Of a stretch of DNA of 64,000 nucleotides, positions 56,455 through 64,000 are shown piece by piece. The notes below the pieces were generated by a model. It saw nothing but the letters and a program-made list of their open reading frames with translations. It did not search any database and had not been told where the DNA came from. The stretch's first letter is position 1. Each line of letters starts with the position of its first letter. The DNA is from a candidate division FCPU426 bacterium (lineage in GTDB: Bacteria; Oederibacteriota; PGYV01; Palsa-1178), in NCBI GenBank assembly GCA_963840035.1, contig CAWIXE010000001.1, forward strand, positions 128,001 through 192,000, written 5' to 3'. The position numbers and the translations under genes were made by a program.

Positions 56455-56567
56455 GAAAACAAAAATGGCTGATGGTCATCAAAGGCGGCTTAAATAGGTA
56501 TTTTCTCTTGACGATACTGCTTCCAGTTGATAATCTAAATAAAACCAACGCTTTACAAGGAGGCTTT

Positions 56568-57329
56568 ATGTCTTACAAAAAACAACCCGCAAACCCCTGG
56601 CTGCTTCTCATCATTTTTTTCCTCATTTCCGTGCTTATCACCTGGTTTGCCGCCGCGGATTATCTTAAGTATGACAGGCTCTCAAAAAACGGCAAAGGGG
56701 CCAGGGCGCTTATTGTTTCATACGTTCCCGAGGTCAGCCATGGCCGGCACGGGGATACCACTTATCATTACCACATGGTAAACGTCGACGGGAAAATGGT
56801 GAAAATCAAGCTGGATTCCGAGCGCAGCCCCGGACAGATCATAGATGTCGTCTTCCTTGCTGAGACACCGGATAAGCTCACCGAAGGCAAACCGGGAATG
56901 ACCGCAAGGCAGCTGATGGGAAGCGATTTTATGATCATGCTTATAATGACAGTCATATTTGACCTTATCTTTGTCCTGCTGCTTATCTTCAACAACCCGA
57001 TGGACGAAAAGGTAAAGCAAAGGATGGCAAAACAAAAAGCCGACAGCGCCCTGGATGAGCAGCCTGACGCGATAAAAGCCCTTCTGCGCTCAGGGAAACT
57101 CACGGCAAAAATAAACACCCCCAGACCCGAAACGCAAACCAATCTGCCGCCCACAGGCCCCATACCGGTGCCGTCAATGACGGAAGTATTAAACACAGAA
57201 GCCACCGCGGCGGCAAAGGATTATATGCGGTCAATAAAGACAAGGGAAGAAGTGATAGCGTGCCTGAAGGCGAAATGCCCGGGGTTTACGGAACTGGAAT
57301 ATGAAGAGGCTTTAAACAGAAACCTTTAA
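56568..57329 (+). CDS. Hypothetical 2-TM membrane protein (DUF3592-like)
   Basis: AGGAGG RBS before MSYKK; TM, beta domain, TM. Confidence 0.7.
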   Translation: MSYKKQPANPWLLLIIFFLISVLITWFAAADYLKYDRLSKNGKGARALIVSYVPEVSHGRHGDTTYHYHMVNVDGKMVKIKLDSERSPGQIIDVVFLAETPDKLTEGKPGMTARQLMGSDFMIMLIMTVIFDLIFVLLLIFNNPMDEKVKQRMAKQKADSALDEQPDAIKALLRSGKLTAKINTPRPETQTNLPPTGPIPVPSMTEVLNTEATAAAKDYMRSIKTREEVIACLKAKCPGFTELEYEEALNRNL

Positions 57330-57431
57330 CGGCAATTTATAATCACTAATGACTAAATATTAATTATTGTGCGCGGTGCGCTTTTTCTTTATAGCTCGTA
57401 TTCCCTCTAACGGCCTGACAGCATCGCTTCT

Positions 57432-57815
57432 TCATATGAACTTCAGGCAGTTTTCGCACGCTATGTCCTTGTTTATGAACGCCACTGCGCCGCTGCGGTA
57501 GCTGTCGTCCACGTCACAGCCGTTGCATGAGCCCGTGAGCACTATGAATTCAATCCCTTCGGAGCCCTTTTCCGCCCTGACCGCGCGCATGAGCTCAAGC
57601 CCGCCTATTTTGGGCATGGAAAGGTCGAGCAGCACCGTGATTTTTTTATTTCCATCCGCGGTTTTAAGCGACAGCAGGTAATCCCTGGCCTTTACGCTGT
57701 CGTCCATCCATACCACCTTTTTCCCGGGATTGCATTTTTTAAACGCTTCCTGCATTATTTGGGCGTCGAACCTGTTGTCATCCACTATGAGGATATCCGC
57801 GTCAGCAGGTTCCAT
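57432..57815 (-). CDS. Single-domain response regulator (Rcp1-like)
   Basis: ILIVDDN, LLDLSMPK.GG, VLTGS, AFINK. Confidence 0.88.
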   Translation of the reverse strand: MEPADADILIVDDNRFDAQIMQEAFKKCNPGKKVVWMDDSVKARDYLLSLKTADGNKKITVLLDLSMPKIGGLELMRAVRAEKGSEGIEFIVLTGSCNGCDVDDSYRSGAVAFINKDIACENCLKFI

Positions 57816-58134
57816 TGATGGCTTCCCCCTGCCAGGCATCCGTATTCCAGTTGTTTTTTGCCGCGGGTTCCGTCAGCTTCAGGAATTCCTGAAGAACCTT
57901 TGACTCTATCCTGCTTCTCAGCGAGCAGTTTGTGGGGTGGGCTGTATCGGCAAACCTGCCGTCGGGCATCTGCCGTCCGGGCATGGCCACGAAAAGCCCG
58001 TACCTGCCCTCTATGACCTGTATGCCGTTGACCGCGAACTCATTGTCAAAAATTATCGCCGCGTATGCCTTGAGCTTTTTTTCTCCCGTGAATTCCTCTT
58101 TCCTCGGGAATATCCTTACCTCGGTTATTTCCAT
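57802..58134 (-). CDS. spoVG: SpoVG family protein (copy 2)
   Basis: MEITEVRI, LKAYA.I.FD.EF.V, IEGRYGLFVAMP, F.DTAHP. Confidence 0.92.
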   Translation of the reverse strand: MEITEVRIFPRKEEFTGEKKLKAYAAIIFDNEFAVNGIQVIEGRYGLFVAMPGRQMPDGRFADTAHPTNCSLRSRIESKVLQEFLKLTEPAAKNNWNTDAWQGEAINGTC

Positions 58135-58151
58135 TTTTGCGCCTCCCTTTT

Positions 58152-58442
58152 TTATTGAGCCACTGAATCGGCTGCCTGCGTGGTCTCGTAAAACTTATCC
58201 AGGACCTTTGCCTCTATGGCGTTCCTGACCCCTGTGTTGAGCGGGTGCGCTATATCCTTGAAAGTCCCGTCCGCGAGTTTCCTGCTGGGCATTACGACAA
58301 AAAGCCCGTTCTTGCCCTCGATGACTTTTAGCCCCCTTACCACAAACTCTCCGTCAAACGTCACGCTTACATACGCTTTGAGTTTGGCGTTTTCCGGGTC
58401 TGATTCCTTCCTTGAAAAAACCTTTACGTCCGTGATCTGCAT
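58152..58442 (-). CDS. spoVG: SpoVG family protein (copy 1)
   Basis: MQITDVKV, LKAYVSVTFD, IEGKNGLFVVMPSRK..DGTFKDIAHP. Confidence 0.95.
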   Translation of the reverse strand: MQITDVKVFSRKESDPENAKLKAYVSVTFDGEFVVRGLKVIEGKNGLFVVMPSRKLADGTFKDIAHPLNTGVRNAIEAKVLDKFYETTQAADSVAQ

Positions 58443-58487
58443 GTTTCCCTCCGTGTCGGCCTTTTTTTTATCACCCTGACAGGCAGA

Positions 58488-58548
58488 AGTATACACGCGG
58501 CGCCTCAAATATGGAATGTCCGCACTCTACAAAAAATTGACGTTTTTC
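58488..58548 (-). promoter_or_regulatory. Shared motif plus -10 element (copy 2)
   Basis: GAAAAACGTCAATTTTTTGT-N35-TATACT. Confidence 0.7.
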
Positions 58549-58624
58549 CCGGATCCAAAAAAGTGAAATAATTGCGGTACGTCGGGGTGTTTTTGATTTG
58601 AAATATGGTGTTTGTTGCCCGGGA

Positions 58625-59368
58625 TTATTTCTTTTTGAACTGCTTGGGGGTTGTTCCTGTGAATTTCTTAAAGGCCCTTATGAATGATTCCGGGTTTGAA
58701 TACGCGAGCATGGAAGACACCTGGTTTACGTTATAGCCTTTTTCAAGCAGTTCATGCGCTTTTTTTACCCTTACGCTCGACCTGTACTCGGAAAATCCCG
58801 TGCCGGTGCATTCAAGAAAGAGCCTGCTTAAAGCCTTCGGCGTCATGCCCGCCCTGCCTGCCGCTTCCACCAGGCCCACCTTCTTGTCGCTGTTGCGCTG
58901 TATGAAGACCTTTATCTGCTCTATTTTTCCCTCCATCCCGCCGCACTCCTCGGGACGGATATGGTTTTTGCCCTTCAACAGCTCCGCGACAGTTTTCCTC
59001 AGCCGCGGGATATCCACCGGCTTTTCAGCGAAACCGTCAGCCCTGGACTTTAAGGCGGCTACCACGTTGTCATTTGAGGCGCTGGCGGTGAGCATGACAA
59101 CCGGCAAGCCCGGACAGAGTTTTTTAATCTCCGCCAGGGTTTCTATACCGCTTAGCCCGGGCATGCTGATATCAAGGACCACAAGGTCGATTGTGTTTGG
59201 TTTTTTCAGGATCTCCAGGGCCTGCCCGCCGCCGGATGCTTCTGTTGCTTCGTAATCATGGAAACAACCGCGGAATTCCTGCCTGAATTCAGGTTCATCA
59301 TCGACTATGAGTATGCTTCCCCTCGACACGCCGGCCTCCAATATCCGCGAATATGGTTCATTTACCAC
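58625..59368 (-). CDS. Response regulator with AraC HTH (start uncertain)
   Basis: ILIVDD, LDISMP, EKP; LSRLF...TG..FSEY, YSNPESFIRAFKK.TG.TP. Confidence 0.9.
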   Translation of the reverse strand: MVNEPYSRILEAGVSRGSILIVDDEPEFRQEFRGCFHDYEATEASGGGQALEILKKPNTIDLVVLDISMPGLSGIETLAEIKKLCPGLPVVMLTASASNDNVVAALKSRADGFAEKPVDIPRLRKTVAELLKGKNHIRPEECGGMEGKIEQIKVFIQRNSDKKVGLVEAAGRAGMTPKALSRLFLECTGTGFSEYRSSVRVKKAHELLEKGYNVNQVSSMLAYSNPESFIRAFKKFTGTTPKQFKKK

Positions 59369-59521
59369 TGTCTGTTTGTCCCCGCGGCGACAGTTAATTA
59401 TATAATTTATTCCTGCGCGCCGCAATATAATTTGCAGACCTGAACCTTAAAATAACCTGACGCAGCCTCTTTTTTGCGGCGTCCGTAAAAAACCTGACCC
59501 TGATTATTACCGCCATACCGG

Positions 59522-59800
59522 TCACATGACCGCGTGTTCGGACGGGCGGCCCGCCTTTGGGGCACGCATAAAACGCCCCTTTGCCGCGGCTTCCTGGGCG
59601 GCCTTCAATGCCTCCCTTAATTCCCTGCCGCGTATTTCGAGCTCAGCCTCGCACAGCACCAGCTCATATGCGAGCCTTTCCTTTTTCAGGGCCGCCATGG
59701 ATACCCCGGCCTCAGCCATCCTTTCCTTCACCAATTTCTCGCCTGCCCTGCGAAGCCTTAACTTTTCATAATAACCGAAATCCTGCCCCAGAACTCCCAT
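59522..59800 (-). CDS. Short coiled-coil protein
   Basis: GGGAGG RBS; YELVLCEAELEI...ELREA. Confidence 0.6.
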   Translation of the reverse strand: MGVLGQDFGYYEKLRLRRAGEKLVKERMAEAGVSMAALKKERLAYELVLCEAELEIRGRELREALKAAQEAAAKGRFMRAPKAGRPSEHAVM

Positions 59801-59841
59801 ACAGCCTCCCGTTTTTCCCGGATATCATCCGTGTTTTATTG

Positions 59842-60213
59842 TCAGTCCGCCAATTTTTTAACAGCCATCAGAAGATCCTCCGCGTGAAACGGCTTGGCCA
59901 TGATAAAATGCGCGTTTCCAAGAAGCGTTATCCTGTCGTTGTCCCCGTATTCCTGCAGGTTCAGGTTGCTTCCGGTTAACACTATGGTCTTTAGCTTTAT
60001 TCCGCGCTCAAGCATGTTCCTGAGCACCCCGTATCCGTCCATAACCGGCATTTTCAGATCAAGTATCATCACGCTCATTTTTTCGGCCTCCATGGCTTTA
60101 AGCGCCGCGAACCCGTCAGCCGCCGTCCTTATTTCATAACCCTCATACTCAAGCATTTCCGAGAGTTCTCCCCGCAGTTCTTTGTCGTCGTCCACTATGA
60201 GTATCTTTCCCAT
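59842..60213 (-). CDS. Single-domain response regulator
   Basis: ILIVDDD, LDLKMP.MDG, VLTG, KPF. Confidence 0.92.
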   Translation of the reverse strand: MGKILIVDDDKELRGELSEMLEYEGYEIRTAADGFAALKAMEAEKMSVMILDLKMPVMDGYGVLRNMLERGIKLKTIVLTGSNLNLQEYGDNDRITLLGNAHFIMAKPFHAEDLLMAVKKLAD

Positions 60214-60279
60214 CTGTCCTCCTTAATTAAATCCGCTTCCTCCGGAATTTTTAGCCGGCGTATTTTTACTTACGGCATA

Positions 60280-60340
60280 AGTATATATTATTTGTTGTCC
60301 GGGATGAATGGCGGTGTTCCACTATTAATTGACATTTTTC
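60280..60340 (-). promoter_or_regulatory. Shared motif plus -10 element (copy 3)
   Basis: GAAAAATGTCAATTAATAGT-N35-TATACT. Confidence 0.7.
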
Positions 60341-60378
60341 AGGAAGTATCCCGGCATGGCGCCGGCCCTGCTTTCCGG

Positions 60379-61107
60379 CTATTTCTTGACGCGGTTTTTT
60401 TTCCGCCTGATGGCCGCCAGGTATTTCCCCGGCGACGCGCCGGTCTTGCTTTTAAAGGCCCTTATGAAAGCGTACTCATCCGCGAAGGCGAGCATTTCCG
60501 CCACGCGCCCGAGGCTGTGCCCCGTCTCCAGCAGTTGCTTTGCTTTTGCCACCATCACAGAGGCCCTGAACTCCGAGAATGATACCCCTGTTTTTTCCTC
60601 AAACACCCTGCTTAAATACTTGGGATTAAGTCCGGCTTCCAGCGCGGCTTCATCAAGCCCGGTTTTTTTGTCATAATTGCGCTCGACAAATTTTTTAACC
60701 TTCTCTATCTTCGCGTCTGTGGAGCCGGTGTCGGGTATGCCTTCGGCGTCCTTTTCCTTAAGCAGCCGGGATATTATTTCCCTGGTTTCAGCGATATCAA
60801 ACGGTTTTTCTATGTATTCATCCGCCCTGTTATTAAGCGATGCCATGGCGATTTCCTTTGTGCTGTTGCCGGTTAACATCACCACTTTTATGCCCGGCTT
60901 TATTTTTTTTATCATGGCCAGCGCCCGGGTGCCGTCCATTCCCGGCATCTTCACGTCGAGTATCACAAGCTCTATGCCGCTATTTTCCTTGAGGATTTTT
61001 ATGGCTGTCCCCGCGTCAGGTGCCTGCGTTATTTTACAGTCGTCAAAACAGGAACAGAATTCCCTCCTGAAATCCGCGTCGTCGTCGACTATCATGAGGT
61101 TATACAA
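60379..61107 (-). CDS. Response regulator with AraC HTH (paralog of 58625-59368)
   Basis: TTG start after AGGAGG; LDVKMP, EKPF, YLSRVF..KTG.SFSE, FIRAFK. Confidence 0.92.
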   Translation of the reverse strand: MYNLMIVDDDADFRREFCSCFDDCKITQAPDAGTAIKILKENSGIELVILDVKMPGMDGTRALAMIKKIKPGIKVVMLTGNSTKEIAMASLNNRADEYIEKPFDIAETREIISRLLKEKDAEGIPDTGSTDAKIEKVKKFVERNYDKKTGLDEAALEAGLNPKYLSRVFEEKTGVSFSEFRASVMVAKAKQLLETGHSLGRVAEMLAFADEYAFIRAFKSKTGASPGKYLAAIRRKKNRVKK

Positions 61108-63262
61108 TGTGTTCCCTCCTGCTTTTTTTTGGCAGGAGCAGGTGCGCGGAGGTTCCGTTGCCCGGCTGGCTTTCGAGCCGGATGGACCCGCCGTGGCCGT
61201 TGATGATATTCCTGCATACGGCAAGCCCCAGCCCGGTGCCTTTTGTCCTGGTAGTAAAAAATGGCTCAAAGGCCTTTTCCAGGCTGGCGCTGTCCATGCC
61301 GCACCCGTTGTCGCTTACCGTTATCATGATGTTCCCGTCTGTTTCGCTCCCGGATATGCGGATGCGCCCGCCTTCCTCAGGCACTGCCTCAAGGGCGTTT
61401 ACCAGCAGGTTGTTGAATACCTCACCCAGCTGTATGCGGTCGGCTTCCATGACAGTATCTTTCAGCGCTTCGTAATCCAGTTCCATGGCCGTCCCTTTTT
61501 TCAGCCTTGGTTTTATGTCTTCCGCGGATTCAGCCAGCGCCGCGTAAACAGGCACCTTCTCCAAAGCCGGCGGTTTTATGCGGGAGTAAAATAGCAGGTT
61601 ATTGATTATGTGCTCGCTGTCCTTGACTTTTTTTTGAATGCTCTCCATGTGGCTGTCCAGCGCCGGGTTGTCAGCCTTTCTTTTTAAATTATGCGCCGCC
61701 ATGCTTATGGTGGCCAGCGGGTTCCTCAGCTCGTGCGCCACGGTGGAGGCCAGCGCGCCTATGTCTGAGAGCCTTTTTCCCCTCTCCACCTCGGATTGAA
61801 CCTCGAGCAGCTGTGCCGTGCGCTCCCTGACGCGCTTCTCAAGCTCGTCATGAGCCTTTTTAAGCTCCGTTTCCGCCTTTGCCCTGATTTCCATCGATTC
61901 ATTGAGCTCCTCGTTCATGGTGGTAAGCTCCTCATTCATGGCTGTGAGCTCTTCGTTCGCGGATTTTATTTTTTCCCGCGCTGCCGCCATTTCCGTGATG
62001 TCGTGCACCATGCCCGTGGAGCGTATGATGCCGCCGTCCGCGTCCGTTAAGTGTTCGCACTTCTCGTGCACCACCCGCACCTCTCCGGTGTCCCTGCGCA
62101 CCACCCTGTGCTCTATCTCGTACCCTCCGCTGCCGTCCTTGAGCGATTGCGCGTAGGCATTATTCACCATTTCCCTGTCCTGCGGATGTGTGTACTCCAA
62201 GAATGCCGCGTAAGTTGCCCCGAACTCCTGCGGCTTTAACCCGAATATATTGTAAACCTCGTCGGACCATAAAAGCTTATGCGAGACAAGGTCCAGTTCC
62301 CAGCTGCCCAGGTGCGCCACTTTTTGCGCCTGCGCGAGCATGGCCTCGGCCTCCCTGCGCTGCGCGTCCGCATTGTTGATGGCCCCGGCGTTTAACCACA
62401 ACAGGGCCAGGAAACATATCGTGTATGTCATGGCGACAAGTATTACGCCGACCTCGGAGGTGAACAGCTCGATGCGCTCTCCGGATAGCCTGAACCAGCC
62501 TATGACGACCGGCAGCGCCATGAGCCAAGGCAGCATCCTGCGCGTCATGATGCTTCCGAAATTATTCCCGGAAAATACCGACATAAAACGTGTGGACGGG
62601 TTGAGCATGAATACGGATATGCCCATGGCGCAAAAGCAGACCCCTGTATTAAAGGCTATGCGCACTTTCAGGAACTCATGCGTGGATTCGACCCCGAGGA
62701 TATAGCTTATGGCCACGAAATAACCCGCCAGAAAGGCGGGCATGGCAAGAAAATGTGAAACATCGGGCAATATGCCGCCCTCTGAGACGGACCTTAAGGC
62801 CGCTGAAAAGATGATGATAATGACAGCGGTGAACATGTTGACGGACGTGGCCGTATGCCATATGTAATCCGCGGCCGGTGAGGCCGAGGTAATAGCCGGC
62901 TCGCCGGATGTGATCTTTACGAAATAGACGGCTATTACGGCAGCGCCGATGGCTGCCGTGGCATAGACAGGGAGATAAAAGCCGGCGGGTCTTGGTTTTT
63001 TTACGTCATGGAAAATCATGAAAATCAGCTGCATGGAAAAAATGACAAAACAAACCCCTGCCACATCGCTCATGTCCTGCCAGCCCGGCATGACGCTTTT
63101 TAACACCTTTATGTCAAAAACCCAGCCGGCAAGGTCAAGCATGCCCGCGGTAAAAACAAGGAGAGCGCAGAAAAAGACCGCCAGATCCGACGGCGCAAGG
63201 CTGCGTATGCGCCCGTACAATATGGAAAATGTCACCCTGTCATTACCGCGTATCCGGCCCAA
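61100..63262 (-). CDS. Membrane sensor histidine kinase with PAS domain
   Basis: About 8 TM segments, AQ.VAHLGSWE PAS, AHELRNPL, NALEA, DNGCG, PFFTT, GTGLGL. Confidence 0.95.
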   Translation of the reverse strand: MGRIRGNDRVTFSILYGRIRSLAPSDLAVFFCALLVFTAGMLDLAGWVFDIKVLKSVMPGWQDMSDVAGVCFVIFSMQLIFMIFHDVKKPRPAGFYLPVYATAAIGAAVIAVYFVKITSGEPAITSASPAADYIWHTATSVNMFTAVIIIIFSAALRSVSEGGILPDVSHFLAMPAFLAGYFVAISYILGVESTHEFLKVRIAFNTGVCFCAMGISVFMLNPSTRFMSVFSGNNFGSIMTRRMLPWLMALPVVIGWFRLSGERIELFTSEVGVILVAMTYTICFLALLWLNAGAINNADAQRREAEAMLAQAQKVAHLGSWELDLVSHKLLWSDEVYNIFGLKPQEFGATYAAFLEYTHPQDREMVNNAYAQSLKDGSGGYEIEHRVVRRDTGEVRVVHEKCEHLTDADGGIIRSTGMVHDITEMAAAREKIKSANEELTAMNEELTTMNEELNESMEIRAKAETELKKAHDELEKRVRERTAQLLEVQSEVERGKRLSDIGALASTVAHELRNPLATISMAAHNLKRKADNPALDSHMESIQKKVKDSEHIINNLLFYSRIKPPALEKVPVYAALAESAEDIKPRLKKGTAMELDYEALKDTVMEADRIQLGEVFNNLLVNALEAVPEEGGRIRISGSETDGNIMITVSDNGCGMDSASLEKAFEPFFTTRTKGTGLGLAVCRNIINGHGGSIRLESQPGNGTSAHLLLPKKSRREHIV

Positions 63263-63306
63263 GACTGCCTCCTGATGCTTTTTGTGGCGTGCACGCCAGT
63301 AAATAC

Positions 63307-63335
63307 ATTTTATTTAATTTTTAATCCCGTGTCAA
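63307..63335 (-). promoter_or_regulatory. Sigma70 promoter of the kinase operon
   Basis: TTGACA-N17-TAAAAT. Confidence 0.75.
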
Positions 63336-63369
63336 TGGGGTTTTATCGCGGCATCCCTGTTTTTATAAT

Positions 63370-63403
63370 GCAGCGGGGGCCGGCTTACGCCGGCCCCCGC
63401 TGC
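63370..63403. terminator. GC hairpin downstream of the Met-rich gene
   Basis: GCAGCGGGGGCCGGC-ttac-GCCGGCCCCCGCTGC. Confidence 0.65.
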
Positions 63404-63440
63404 GGCCCTTAATTGCCATCAGGCAATTATTGCTTCGTGC

Positions 63441-63872
63441 TTATTTCGCCATTATCTTCTTTATAACCAGTATTATGGTGACCGCCAGCAGTATGATAAG
63501 AAGCGACCAGATAACCGTGAGGAATCCGAAGATCACTCCTATCTTTTTCTGCATGTGGCGCATCATCTCCGGGTTCATCATCATGCCGTGCATGCCGTCC
63601 ATTTCCATTTTGCCTGACTTCATGGCCTCGCGCATCTTTTCCATCTCTTTGGCCTGTTCCTGTATTTCCTTTACTTCCTTCGCGTCCTTTGAGGTGACCA
63701 TGATCTTTACGCCGTCGGCCGTATTCTCCATCTTCACGTCCGCGTTTGCCCACATCATGCCGCCCTGCATCCCGTCCTTCATCATGCCGCCCTTTTCCAT
63801 GCCCGCGTTCGCGAAAATCCCCGCCGCCAATACAATCGCAAGTACACTTGCCAGTGCCAGAATCTTTTTCAT
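63441..63872 (-). CDS. Met-rich exported, membrane-anchored protein
   Basis: Signal peptide, GGMM repeats, ENT.DGV.I.VTS.D, C-terminal TM. Confidence 0.8.
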   Translation of the reverse strand: MKKILALASVLAIVLAAGIFANAGMEKGGMMKDGMQGGMMWANADVKMENTADGVKIMVTSKDAKEVKEIQEQAKEMEKMREAMKSGKMEMDGMHGMMMNPEMMRHMQKKIGVIFGFLTVIWSLLIILLAVTIILVIKKIMAK

Positions 63873-64000
63873 GCTGCCTCCCTTTTTTTCCGCGCTTTAA
63901 GGGCGCGGTCGTTAAAAATAATTCAGGAATAGTAATCCGGTGTTTTGTCGGTCGGGTTGTCATGAGCGCCGTTTTTTAGGGTGTCCGGAACGGCTGCTTA

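Overview
64 kb of bacterial chromosome, about 45-50% GC by eye. TonB and beta-barrel proteins indicate a diderm; taxon cannot be determined from the sequence. Housekeeping blocks: ftsK (partial), pgm, pcm, a DEAD-box helicase, rpmH-rnpA-yidD-yidC-jag-mnmE, polX-proB-obgE, rpmA-rplU and tRNA-Lys. Accessory genes between them include two signalling clusters, GH5, TipA-like MerR, an adenylate cyclase, hemerythrin and tandem spoVG. No CRISPR, prophage or defence operon was seen. The most unusual content is non-coding. (1) An 8.3-copy, 111-bp GTAG-REP doublet array upstream of obgE. (2) An intact IS30 with 16-bp direct repeats nested in the terminal repeat of an IS256-like MITE, plus several nested MITE/REP/micro-insertion families. 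(3) A transcription unit (promoter, RBS, terminator) encoding a 12-aa peptide, MAKKKAAKKKKK. (4) A 20-bp motif lying exactly 35 nt upstream of TATACT at three promoters, linking hemerythrin, the spoVG pair and a response regulator. (5) An ECF-type promoter firing into a duplicated hairpin RNA with a C-rich anti-SD-like loop. (6) A probable ATT start for rnpA. All calls come from reading the sequence; no searches were run.
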